Assembly (NCBI GenBank): GCA_965116885.1
Contig: OZ220741.1
Location: 800,001 to 864,000 of the forward strand
Source: Candidatus Latescibacterota bacterium
GTDB taxonomy: Bacteria; Latescibacterota; UBA2968
Reading direction: 5' to 3'
DNA: 64,000 bases
The stretch's first letter is position 1. Each line of letters starts with the position of its first letter. Of this stretch, positions 10,352-20,600 are shown piece by piece. A model generated the notes under the pieces. That model did no database searches. It was not told where the DNA came from and was given only the letters and a program-made list of their open reading frames with translations. Position numbers and translations under genes: made by a program.

Positions 10352-10353
10352 AT

Positions 10354-10827
10354 ATGGACGCAGACAACACCGTTGACATCAACTGCGAATTGTTGTCGGC
10401 TTATCTCGACGATGCGCTTACAGAAGCAGAACGGACGAGAGTTGAGAAGCTATTGCGCGTGTCCGATAGTCTCAGGCGTGAACTGGCCGAGATGGTGCGA
10501 GTGCGACAACTTTTTGCGGCCTGGTCTCCACCTGCACCCGATCGTTTTTTTGTACGGCGTGTAGATATAAAAATCCGGGAAGAAATGGCGCAAATGAAGA
10601 ACAGGTGGGGGTTTCAAAAATTCGCCACTGCCGCAATATTGCTGATTTCTATTGGCTCTCTGGCATTTTTAACCCAACGCCTGGACAGAACTGTTGAACC
10701 CGTCACGCTGGATGCTTTTTTGCAGAGTTCGCTCGACCGAGAGGTTCGAGAAGTTGTGAGTTTGACCGAAGATGATTTTTCCAAAGACCGCGTGCTCGAC
10801 CTCGTCTTATCAGACAACGCGCGTTAG
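10354..10827 (+). CDS. Membrane-anchored anti-sigma factor
   Basis: ELLSAYLDDALTEAER N-terminus, single TM, directly after ECF sigma; lacks the HxxxCxxC zinc motif. Confidence 0.75.
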   Translation: MDADNTVDINCELLSAYLDDALTEAERTRVEKLLRVSDSLRRELAEMVRVRQLFAAWSPPAPDRFFVRRVDIKIREEMAQMKNRWGFQKFATAAILLISIGSLAFLTQRLDRTVEPVTLDAFLQSSLDREVREVVSLTEDDFSKDRVLDLVLSDNAR

Positions 10828-10839
10828 AAGGTTTTTATT

Positions 10840-11226
10840 ATGTTTATTTCGCGTTTCCGCTTTATATGCCTGATCGTTTTGTGTCTCTTACTTGGCGCGG
10901 TAATAGGGACTGTTTACGAAAGTCTCGCGTCTGGTGATTCTGGAAAGAGGCGAGTGCGCCTGTCTGAAATGGTGGCAAAGCTCGACCTGTCAGATGGTCA
11001 GAAAGCGCAACTGGACACAATCCTCGAACAAGGGCGCAAATGCATGGTCGATATCAACACGGCCTATCGCTCAGAGTTTGGAAAAGTGAGAAACATAACC
11101 CGCGCTCAAATACGGGAAATCTTGACGCCTGATCAGCGCAAAGAATTTGATGAAATGATGGCCGAACAAGAGGCTCTGCGGCATCATCAGCGCAAAAACA
11201 GGACCCCCGGCAATCAGGCCGAGTGA
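10840..11226 (+). CDS. Spy/CpxP-like periplasmic helical protein
   Basis: N-terminal hydrophobic anchor; LDLSDGQ and ILTPDQ (LTXXQ-type) motifs. Confidence 0.65.
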   Translation: MFISRFRFICLIVLCLLLGAVIGTVYESLASGDSGKRRVRLSEMVAKLDLSDGQKAQLDTILEQGRKCMVDINTAYRSEFGKVRNITRAQIREILTPDQRKEFDEMMAEQEALRHHQRKNRTPGNQAE

Positions 11227-11296
11227 TAAAAAGAATTTTATGAAAAAATAAGTGAGTAATCGTTTACTTTCTTCAAAGATTTGAGAGGACGGAAGA

Positions 11297-12952
11297 ATGA
11301 TAAAAAAAATAGCTACTTGCCGATGGTTCATGCTGCTTTTTCTCGCGCTCTTTGCCTGTGGCGAAGAAGAAGCACAACAGGCAGAGGGACAAGGCGGACG
11401 TGCTGGACGCGGCGGACGTGCTGGACGCGGTGGTGGCGCTGCTGCGCCCGTCAAGGTCGAGACTGTACAGCGAGGAGACATTTCTGCATATATTCTCAAA
11501 AATACGACACTCGAAGCCGAAAGATGGGTTGACGTTCGAGCGCGCAGAGCTGGGCAGGTCATCGCATTACTAAAAGAAGAAGGCGACCCCGTACGTGCGG
11601 GTACCATCCTGGCACGACTCGACGCCGACGCTGCTCAAATCAGCGTCTCGCAGCGAGAAATTTCGTATCGCGAAGCCAAACAGCGGTATGAACGCGAAGA
11701 TGCCTTATTTCAGCGCAATCTGGGTAGCAAACAGTCTTATGAAAATGCCAAGACCCAATTCGAATCGTCCAAAGCACAACTCGAACAGGCCAAACTCGAT
11801 TTGAGTTACACGGCAATTAGAGCACCCATTGAAGGCATTATGACGCTGAGAAATATTGAGGTCGGCAACATGGTCACCAACAATCAGGTGGTCGCCTCTG
11901 TAGCCAAATTCGATCCCCTGCTTGCACGCATCCAGGTAACCGAAAAGGACTTTGGCAAAATCACCGTAGGGCAGACCGCGCGCATTACGGTTGAAGCCGC
12001 ACCTGAAAGAGAATTTACGGGCACAGTCAAAATGATCAGCCCGGTGGTAGATCCCGAAAGCGGCACGGTTAAAGTAACCGTTGAGATACCTCGAACAGAT
12101 GCAAGTCTGCTGCGCCCGGGAATGTTTGCCTCGGTTTATATTATCACGGAAACGCGAAGAAACACCCTGGTTATTCCCAAAAAAGCCCTCGTACTCGAAG
12201 GAGAAGGCAACCAGGTATTCACCTTTGAAACCGATCCCGAAAGCGGGCGCGGTCAGGCACAACGCAGGCGCATTGAAATCGGCTTTACAGACAGTGACCG
12301 TTTAGAGATTCTCACAGGTCTTTCCCAAGGAGAGCAAGTCATTACCGTAGGACAGGAAGGATTGCGGCCCGGTTCTTCCGTACGCCTCGTAGGCGAGGCA
12401 GCACCTCCCGCATTTGCCGGACGCGGTGGACAGGGACGCGCTGGACGTGGACAGATGGGACAAAGTGGACAGGGACGCGCTGGACGCGGACAGATGGGAC
12501 AAGGTGGGCAGGGTAGGCAGGGGCGTGGACAGATGGGACAGGGCGAAGGACGCGCTGGACGCGGACAGATGGGACAAGGCGGGCAGGGTAGGCAGGGGCG
12601 CGGACAGATGGGGCAAGGCGGACAACGAGGTGGTGATGGACAGGGACGCGCTGGACGTGGGCAGATGGGGCAAGGTGGACAACGAGGTGGTGATGGACAG
12701 GGACGCGCTGGACGCGGGCAGATGGGGCAAGGCGGACAACGAGGTGGCGGTTTTGCCGGTGGACAAGGCGGCGGTGATCCCACAGACCGCATAAAACGCA
12801 TGATTGAGCGCTTCCCCGAAGTCAAAGCCGAATACGAAAAGCGCGTGAAAGACGACCCCGAACTCGCAACAAATATGGAAAAACTCCGCGCTTTTATAGC
12901 TGAGATGCAAGAAAAAGGATTGATACCAGCACGAGGCAGACGAGGTAATTAA
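11297..12952 (+). CDS. RND efflux periplasmic adaptor (MFP) lipoprotein with Gly/Arg/Gln-rich extensions
   Basis: Lipobox LFAC, G.V..L..EEGDPVRAG..LARLD, IRAPIEG, ISPVVDPESGT, LRPGMF. Confidence 0.9.
   Translation: MIKKIATCRWFMLLFLALFACGEEEAQQAEGQGGRAGRGGRAGRGGGAAAPVKVETVQRGDISAYILKNTTLEAERWVDVRARRAGQVIALLKEEGDPVRAGTILARLDADAAQISVSQREISYREAKQRYEREDALFQRNLGSKQSYENAKTQFESSKAQLEQAKLDLSYTAIRAPIEGIMTLRNIEVGNMVTNNQVVASVAKFDPLLARIQVTEKDFGKITVGQTARITVEAAPEREFTGTVKMISPVVDPESGTVKVTVEIPRTDASLLRPGMFASVYIITETRRNTLVIPKKALVLEGEGNQVFTFETDPESGRGQAQRRRIEIGFTDSDRLEILTGLSQGEQVITVGQEGLRPGSSVRLVGEAAPPAFAGRGGQGRAGRGQMGQSGQGRAGRGQMGQGGQGRQGRGQMGQGEGRAGRGQMGQGGQGRQGRGQMGQGGQRGGDGQGRAGRGQMGQGGQRGGDGQGRAGRGQMGQGGQRGGGFAGGQGGGDPTDRIKRMIERFPEVKAEYEKRVKDDPELATNMEKLRAFIAEMQEKGLIPARGRRGN
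12415..12775 (+). repeat. Coding tandem repeat, seven GRGQMGQ units
   Basis: Repeated ggacagggacgcgctggacg(t/c)gg(a/g)cagatggg in the MFP C-terminal region. Confidence 0.9.
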
Positions 12953-12956
12953 ACCT

Positions 12957-15900
12957 ATGAAACTCATTGAATTTTCGACCCGGCGACGGGTAACAGTAAC
13001 TATGTTTGTGGCTGCGGCAGTACTATTCGGCATGGTAGCTTTTCAACGCCTATCGATTAACCTGCTCCCCGACATCACCTATCCCACCCTGACGGTACGC
13101 ACAGAATACGAAGGTACAGCACCCTCAGAGATGGAACGCTTAATCACCGAACCGATTGAAGGGTCTGTGGGTGTGGTAAACGGAGTTATCCGGGTAACCT
13201 CGGCCTCGCGCCCTGGCATATCGGATGTGGTTGTGGAATTCGCCTGGGGCACGGACATGGATTTTGCTTCACTCGATATTCGAGAAAAGCTCGATCAAGT
13301 GCGCCTGCCACAGGATGTGAGAAAACCCGTACTGCTGAGATTTGACCCTTCGCTCGACCCAATCATGCGTATCGGCCTCTACGGCGAAGAAAGTTTGATT
13401 TCGCTGCGCCTCCTGGCCGAAGAAGAAATTAAGCCCGAACTGGAAAGCCTTGAAGGCGTCGCATCTGTGCGCGTCAATGGCGGGCTGGAAGAAGAAATAC
13501 AAGTTGAAATCGACCAACCCAAACTGGCTGCATTGCGCATTCCACTCGCTCAGGTCGTCAATCGCTTAGCCCAGGAAAATGTGAACTTAACGGGCGGAGA
13601 ACTCAAAGACGGCGAAGCGGAATACCTGGTTCGCACATTCAACGAATTTAAAACAATAGAAGAAATTCAGGATATCGTGGTAGGCCAGCGGCAGGGCACA
13701 GTTATCACATTAGCCGATATAGGACTGGTGACCCGAGGACATCGCGAACGCACGGTAATTACGCGCATTGATCAGCAAGAAAGTGTCGAACTGGCCATAT
13801 ACAAAGAGGGCGACGCCAACACTGTAACAGTTGCACAAGCCGTTAAAGAAGCCATCGCGCAATTCCGCCGCACATCCGGCGATTTGCTCGGTAATTCGCG
13901 TATGGAGGTCGTCTCCGATCAATCGACATTCATTCGAGACTCAGTATCCGAGGTCCTCAACACCGCTATTTTGGGCGGCTTTTTGGCCATCATCGTTCTC
14001 TACCTATTTTTGCAAAGCCCCAAAAGCACGGGCATCATCAGCGTATCCATTCCCATCTCAGTTGTTGCCACATTTTTCCTCATGTACGCATCGGATGTGA
14101 GTCTCAACATCATGTCGTTGGGTGGACTCGCCCTGGGAATAGGCATGCTGGTTGACAACTCAATTGTCGTACTCGAAAGCGTACAGCGTTACCAGGAAAG
14201 CGGCATGAGTCCGCGTGAAGCGACCAATAAAGGGGGGTCTGAAGTGGGGCAAGCCGTGGTGGCTTCTACAATGACGACAATATGCGTCTTTGTCCCCATT
14301 GTTTTTGTAGAAGGCATTGCCGGACAGCTCTTCCGAGATCAGGCACTCACCGTGACCTATTCACTTGTCGCTTCCCTTCTTGTCGCACTCACAGTCATAC
14401 CCATGCTGGCTTCGTTGGAATTTTCATGGATCGGCGAATTTGCCGCTGTAGAGCAACGGAAAAAGGAAAGTGGACACAAGGGGGGAGTAGAAGGTCCCGC
14501 CCACATAATGGGAATGCTCGGGGCGGTTGCGGGATGGCTCGGACGCGGTATTCTGGCCTGTCTGGCACCCTTATTCTGGCTTTTCGACAGGGTGATTGGG
14601 CGCGCTTATCTCATCTATCCGCACATTATCAGGTGGGCACTCAGGCATCGCCTGTATGTAATTGGGTTGGCAATAGCCCTCCTGGCCGGCACTGCGACAC
14701 TTGGCAATAGACTCGGCAGTGAACTGATCCCTGAAATGAGCCAGGGAGAGTTCTCAATTTCAGTTGAAATGCCACTGGGTACGCCCCTTGCCGCGACCAC
14801 GCAATCCATTCAAGCCATTGAGAGAATTGTGCGCAGCCAACCCGAAGTACGTCTGGTGTACAGCATTGTCGGTACGCAATCGGCATCTGGAGGAAGCGGC
14901 GGAGAAGAAAGGGAAAATGTAGGCGAAGTCAATGTCGTACTCCACGAGGGTATTATTCGAGATCGCGAAATTGCCGTAATGGATCGCTTGCGCCAAATGA
15001 TCCTGGAAATTCCCGCCGTGGATACAAAATTTACTCGTCCATCGCTATTTTCTTCCCGCACGCCCATCGAAGTGGAAGTCGCCGGTTATAATTTGCAGTC
15101 TCTACAGATGATCGCCGGGGAAATGATGGCGCGCATGCAAACCATTCCGGGACTGACAGATGTTAAAACCACGAGCGAGGGCGGTACACCCGAAGTGCAA
15201 ATTCGGTTTGACCGCAAGCGTGTGGCTCAAATGGGCACGACGATAAATGCCATTGGCGAGATTATCCGCAATCAGGTTCAAGGGGAGGTTGCCACACAAT
15301 TTACCCGAGGAGATCGGCGAGTCGATATTCGCGTCCGAGCCGAGGAGGAACATCGAAGCACAGTAGATGATCTGAGGCGATTGATCATCAGCCCCAACAA
15401 TGCCCCATCGCCAGTTCCTTTGAGTGTGGTCGCCGATTTACAGGTGGAAATGGGACCTGCTGAAATTCGCAGAATTGATCAGGAGCGCGTGGCATTGATT
15501 TCAGCCAACCTGGTGGGGCGAAGTCTGAGTGCTGTCGTCGCAGACCTCGAACGCGAAATCGATCGGATGGAGTTGCCCGCCGATTTTGCTATTAAAGTGG
15601 GTGGACAAAATGAAGAGCAACAGCGGTCGTTTGAAAGTATGCAATTGGCGATTGGACTGGCGATCTTTCTCGTCTATCTGGTCATGGCATCGCAGTTTGA
15701 ATCGCTCGTTCACCCCTTCGTGATCATGTTTGCCATCCCTTTTGCGCTGGTAGGTGTTTTTGCCCTGCTCCTCCTGACCGGACAAACCATCAGTGTGGTC
15801 GTGCTCATCGGTTTGATTATGCTCGCTGGCATTGTCGTCAACAATGCCATTGTGCTCATCGATTATATCAACACCCTTCGAAGAGATCAAGGCATGCCCA

Positions 15901-16232
15901 AAATGGAGGCCATAGCAGAAGGGGGCAAAGTGCGCCTGCGTCCCATTTTAATGACCACCTCGACAACCGTGCTCGGTTTGTTGCCTATGGCGCTGGGCGT
16001 TTTCAATTTTCAGCCCCTTGTCAAAAGCATCGAAGGCGCGCTGGATGGCATATTGTCCGGACAGGTATTCGTCGTGGTCATGGCTGTAGTGGGTATGATA
16101 TTCCCCGTGGGACAGGGCGCAGAGATACGCGCGCCTATGGCCATTACTGTTATCGGCGGCCTGGTCGTATCAACACTGGTAACCCTGGTACTGATCCCAA
16201 CGCTGTATTCGCTAACCGACCGCAAGGAATAG
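12957..16232 (+). CDS. RND efflux transporter permease (AcrB/MdtBC-like)
   Basis: GMLVDNSIVVLE, GIVVNNAIVLID, RLRPILMT, two large periplasmic loops. Confidence 0.93.
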   Translation: MKLIEFSTRRRVTVTMFVAAAVLFGMVAFQRLSINLLPDITYPTLTVRTEYEGTAPSEMERLITEPIEGSVGVVNGVIRVTSASRPGISDVVVEFAWGTDMDFASLDIREKLDQVRLPQDVRKPVLLRFDPSLDPIMRIGLYGEESLISLRLLAEEEIKPELESLEGVASVRVNGGLEEEIQVEIDQPKLAALRIPLAQVVNRLAQENVNLTGGELKDGEAEYLVRTFNEFKTIEEIQDIVVGQRQGTVITLADIGLVTRGHRERTVITRIDQQESVELAIYKEGDANTVTVAQAVKEAIAQFRRTSGDLLGNSRMEVVSDQSTFIRDSVSEVLNTAILGGFLAIIVLYLFLQSPKSTGIISVSIPISVVATFFLMYASDVSLNIMSLGGLALGIGMLVDNSIVVLESVQRYQESGMSPREATNKGGSEVGQAVVASTMTTICVFVPIVFVEGIAGQLFRDQALTVTYSLVASLLVALTVIPMLASLEFSWIGEFAAVEQRKKESGHKGGVEGPAHIMGMLGAVAGWLGRGILACLAPLFWLFDRVIGRAYLIYPHIIRWALRHRLYVIGLAIALLAGTATLGNRLGSELIPEMSQGEFSISVEMPLGTPLAATTQSIQAIERIVRSQPEVRLVYSIVGTQSASGGSGGEERENVGEVNVVLHEGIIRDREIAVMDRLRQMILEIPAVDTKFTRPSLFSSRTPIEVEVAGYNLQSLQMIAGEMMARMQTIPGLTDVKTTSEGGTPEVQIRFDRKRVAQMGTTINAIGEIIRNQVQGEVATQFTRGDRRVDIRVRAEEEHRSTVDDLRRLIISPNNAPSPVPLSVVADLQVEMGPAEIRRIDQERVALISANLVGRSLSAVVADLEREIDRMELPADFAIKVGGQNEEQQRSFESMQLAIGLAIFLVYLVMASQFESLVHPFVIMFAIPFALVGVFALLLLTGQTISVVVLIGLIMLAGIVVNNAIVLIDYINTLRRDQGMPKMEAIAEGGKVRLRPILMTTSTTVLGLLPMALGVFNFQPLVKSIEGALDGILSGQVFVVVMAVVGMIFPVGQGAEIRAPMAITVIGGLVVSTLVTLVLIPTLYSLTDRKE

Positions 16233-16233
16233 C

Positions 16234-17055
16234 ATGGAGCAGAGCCGAAATGAAGCGTTTGTCGAATCGCTTCAGAACTATTCGCTTTCAGAACTCGAAG
16301 ATATTTATGCACATCTGGACCGAGACCTGTTTCCAGAGCGATTCGATCAAGTCAGGGACGAAATTGAAGCGCGCTTAAAGGACTTTGATTCAAAAGCTAC
16401 AGGCATAAGTACACTAACTGGATCACCCGGATTTTTGAGACGCATCGCATCGAGCGCGATTGATTTCTCCATGCAAGTGCTCGTTCCCTTTTTGATTTTT
16501 TTTCTTCTCAAAAGCGTTCTTTTTCCAAGTGCCCCAACCGCAAGTGGCGGGGGTGGACGCGGCGGACGAGGTGGCGGGGGACGCGGCGGACGAGGTGGGG
16601 GCGGTGGCGGCAATCAATCCGATGACCTCTGGTCAGACATCACGGGTTTTGTGGGCAGTGCAAAGGACATCGCTGTTGGATTGGTCGAAGGGGATCCCGC
16701 AGCACAGAGCAGGGCGATGCTTATCTGGAACGATTTTGGTATCATCCTGGTCATTCTACTCGTTTTCCGGGTCTTCATGACCTTATCGGGGTGGGCGCGT
16801 TCTGGATTTACCCCTGGAATGCGCGAATTGGGCATTCGGGTCGAGCGCGTTGGAGGCGGTGTTCCAACCTGGTCACAAGCGGTGGGCAGATTTGTTCTAC
16901 AGCCTCTAATTTTTATCGCGACACTGGGGCTCAGTGGTCTGTGGATGCTATGGGATCGCGACAGTCGGGCACTTCACGATAAAATTCTCGGCACAAGGCT
17001 CGTTCGCGTGGTGCGCACCTGGGAAAAAACTGGATCCGAGAGAAGATTTGAATAG
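16234..17055 (+). CDS. RDD-family membrane protein with RGG insert
   Basis: FLRRIASSAID, GFTPGMRELGIRV, RALHDKILGTRLV. Confidence 0.75.
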   Translation: MEQSRNEAFVESLQNYSLSELEDIYAHLDRDLFPERFDQVRDEIEARLKDFDSKATGISTLTGSPGFLRRIASSAIDFSMQVLVPFLIFFLLKSVLFPSAPTASGGGGRGGRGGGGRGGRGGGGGGNQSDDLWSDITGFVGSAKDIAVGLVEGDPAAQSRAMLIWNDFGIILVILLVFRVFMTLSGWARSGFTPGMRELGIRVERVGGGVPTWSQAVGRFVLQPLIFIATLGLSGLWMLWDRDSRALHDKILGTRLVRVVRTWEKTGSERRFE

Positions 17056-17135
17056 AATATGTCAGTTATCCGAAACTTTTAATCATGTGATTTCGTCTAA
17101 ACCCTCGAAATATTTTAAGAGGAGGAGTAAGTATT

Positions 17136-17573
17136 ATGTATAGACGGATGTATAAAGTGTGTTGTGTCGTGCTGGCAACCGCATTTTTTTGGGGGTGTTT
17201 GGCCCCTGTTGCCGAAGCGCAGTCCCTTTTTACTGCACGGCGCACATTTGGTATCTTATTTCTCGGAGGTAGTGCGTTTATGGCCAAGCGCGCCATTGAT
17301 TATAAGCGCGATGCAAACGACATCTATGAAGCCTACAAGGCGGCGACAGATGCACGGGAAGCCGAGCGGCTTTTTAACCGCACAAGTGATCGAGATACCA
17401 AGAGCCAGATGAGTATTGGATTTTCCGCAATTTTGTTGATCAGTGGTTTGCGTTTGCTCATGCACAGCGGCGTGGATGATAAAATGCCCAAAATTGATCG
17501 ACGAATCAAAATTGATCTCAACAGTGATATTCGCAAAAAGTCTGTTGGGATTGTGTTAAAGAAAAAATTTTAA
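17136..17573 (+). CDS. Hypothetical exported/membrane protein
   Basis: Strong RBS (gaggaggag), signal-peptide-like N-terminus (AEA/Q), two hydrophobic segments. Confidence 0.6.
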   Translation: MYRRMYKVCCVVLATAFFWGCLAPVAEAQSLFTARRTFGILFLGGSAFMAKRAIDYKRDANDIYEAYKAATDAREAERLFNRTSDRDTKSQMSIGFSAILLISGLRLLMHSGVDDKMPKIDRRIKIDLNSDIRKKSVGIVLKKKF

Positions 17574-17603
17574 TCATCAATAATGGGCCATGAGGAGATT
17601 ATT

Positions 17604-20600
17604 ATGAATCACTGGTGGACGCGCCGACTACAAGTCGGCCTTTTGGGGATTGCGATAATTTTAATTGCTATGTGGGGATGCGGACGCGAGCGCGTAAATC
17701 CAATTGACGCACAATATGAGGGTGAGGGAAGCGTAACTCTGAATGCGCCGGGCAATATTCGCGCCCAGGGCGGTATTGGACGGATCACTTTGAACTGGAA
17801 TCCGGTAAACAGCACCAGCCTTGCGGGATACGGCATATCGCGGTCAACATCGGCTACGGGAGACTACGTGCTGTTACGCGGCGAATCATCTGTCCCCGGC
17901 GCGACGACAGCACGGACGACATTTGTGGATTCAACAATAGATGTTAGTGTATCGAAAATATACTTTTACAAACTCAGCAGCGTAGATGTAGATGGACAAG
18001 CGAGCGAGTTGTCTGCATTTGTAAGCGCAGAAGTCCTCGATGATACGCGCGCACCAGCTATGCCGACAAATCTCGTCGCTATCACCGATGCCGATGGCAA
18101 ACAGGTGACACTGGGCTGGTCAGCACCAGAAACGGATGAGGGCAATCAGGAATTGACCGGCTTGTCCGGGTACAGAATTTTCAGGATCAAAGATTCGCAG
18201 GGCAAACTCCAGATACAGGGATCACAAACAGCTCTGGTTCAACTCGCAACAGAACTGGGCATTGACCTCGATAATCTGGGAGCAATATCCGACGACTTGA
18301 AGGATATTTTCGTCGAACTTGGGACAGTGCCAGCCGGCCAGACTTATTTCCTCGATACCGATGGACTCGAAGCTGGTGTGCTTCACGTTTATGTGGTCAT
18401 CGCTGTTGATCCAGATGGCAACACCGGGCCTCCAGCACTTGCTTTAGTGACCATAAGCGCACCGGGCGCGAACGTACCAGTGCCTGCTGGCTTGCGCGCG
18501 ACGAAAAATGAACAGGCGCGCATTGTCATCTCCTGGAATCCCGTGAACGATCCCAATTTGCTGGGCTATCTGGTCTTGCGGTCACAATCGACACAAGGTC
18601 CCTTCACATCCGTAACAAGTGATACGCTCTTTACCACGGGACAGACGACCTATGTCGATTCGCTCGTCACCACCGATCAAGTGTACTACTACAAAGTTCA
18701 AACCGTTGTGCAAGATCCTCAGCTTGGGCTATTGCGCAGTGATACTTCCACTTTCATTGACGGACAGGCACTTGCCGACCAGAGTGCTCCTGGCGCGCCC
18801 TCAGATCTCATCGTCAGCCTGGACGATGAGAATTTCCAGCGGGTGATGCTGAACTGGACTGCACCTGTAACAGACAGAAATGGCAATGAACTGACCGGAC
18901 TGGCCTCTTTTGAAATCTACCGGTCGCGCGAGAACAATACATCCTTTGCACTGATCGCCACAGTATCGAGCGATCAGGTGAGTTTTGTGGATACTTCTGT
19001 CGAATTGCTCACCACGTATTTCTATGCAATCAGAGCATTGGATCAAGCCGGCAATGCCGGACCCCGGTCTCAGCCGATATCTGTGACCACCAGGGGATTT
19101 GCCATCCCGCGCAACGTGCGGGCAACTTCTGGTGTGCAGAAAATCACCTTGACCTGGACGGCAAACACCGAGCCTGAATTAACGGGATATGAAATCTTGC
19201 GCTTTACAGATCCCACGCACGAAACCCCCGACAAAACCTTCTCTTCTGTACTGACGACGTATGTGGATACCCCTGTCACAGCAGATCAACCCTTTGTCTA
19301 TCGGGTGCGGGCGGTTGGCACCGCCAATGTAAAGAGCGAATTGTCACCCCCCGTCTCTGCACAGGCCACGGAAGCTGCTCCGGTTCTGGCAGCACCGCGC
19401 AATGTGCAGGCAAGGGGTGGGATTGGTCACATTACCATCACCTGGGCGGCAAACACAGAAGCAGAACTGATCGGATATCGCGTGATGCGCTATACAGACC
19501 CGGCACAAACCGAGGCTGAAGCGACCTTTATGACCGTGCAAACGACTTATGTCGATTCACCACTGGTATCGGAACAGACCTATGTGTATCGCGTACAGGC
19601 GCTTGGTACCAACAACGAAGAAAGCGAACGGTCACTATATGCCTCTGCAACGGTCTCAGCCGATCAGAGTCCTCCTGGCGCGCCTTCGGATCTCATCGTC
19701 AGTCTGGACGAGGCGAATTTCCAGCGCGTGACGCTCAGCTGGACGGCTCCCACGAGAGACAGCAATGGCAATGAATTGACCGGATTGACCTCCTTTGAAA
19801 TCTACCGGTCACGCGACAATAATACATCCTTTGCGCTAATCGCCACAGTATCGAGCGATCAGGTGAGTTATGAAGACACATCTGTCGAGTTGTTGACGCG
19901 ATACTTTTATGCGGTCAGAGCATTGGATCAGGCCGACAATGCCGGACCCCGGTCTCAGTCGGTATCTGTGACGACCAAAGGATTTGCTGCACCGCGCAAC
20001 TTGCAGGCGACTGCTGGTGTGCAGCAAATCACCTTGACCTGGGCGGCAAATACCGAGCCGGAATTGACGGGATATGAAATCTTGCGCTTTACAGATCCCA
20101 CACAAGCAACACCTGAGCGAATCTTCTCTTCTGTGTTGACGACGTATGTGGACACCCCTGTCACAGCAGATCACCCCTATGTGTATCGCGTGCGTGCGAT
20201 TGGTCCTTCCAATGTGAAGAGCGAACTATCGGCTCCCGTTTTTGCACAGGCCACTGCGCCAGTTTTGGCAGCCCCGCGCAATGTGCGCGCGACTGCTGGA
20301 ATTGAGTACATTACCATCACCTGGTCTGCCAATACAGAAGCAGAACTGACCGGGTATCGCGTGATGCGCTATACAGACCCGGCACAAACCGAAGCCGAAG
20401 CGACCTTCACAATCGTGCATACGACTTATGTCGATTCGCCGCTGGTAGCAGGACAGACCTATGTCTATCGCGTACAGGCGGTAGGTGTAAACAATACAGA
20501 AAGCGAACTCTCGCTATTTGCCTCTGCAACGGTACTGATCGATGATAGCCCACCTGCTACTCCTGGCAATTTTGCCGCCGTTTTGGCGAGTACCGGCACA

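Noticed and set aside
12253..12825. Cys/Pro-rich metallothionein-like ORF (CPPCPICPRP)n on the minus strand
   Set aside because: Reverse-complement translation of the Gly/Arg/Gln repeat in the MFP gene.
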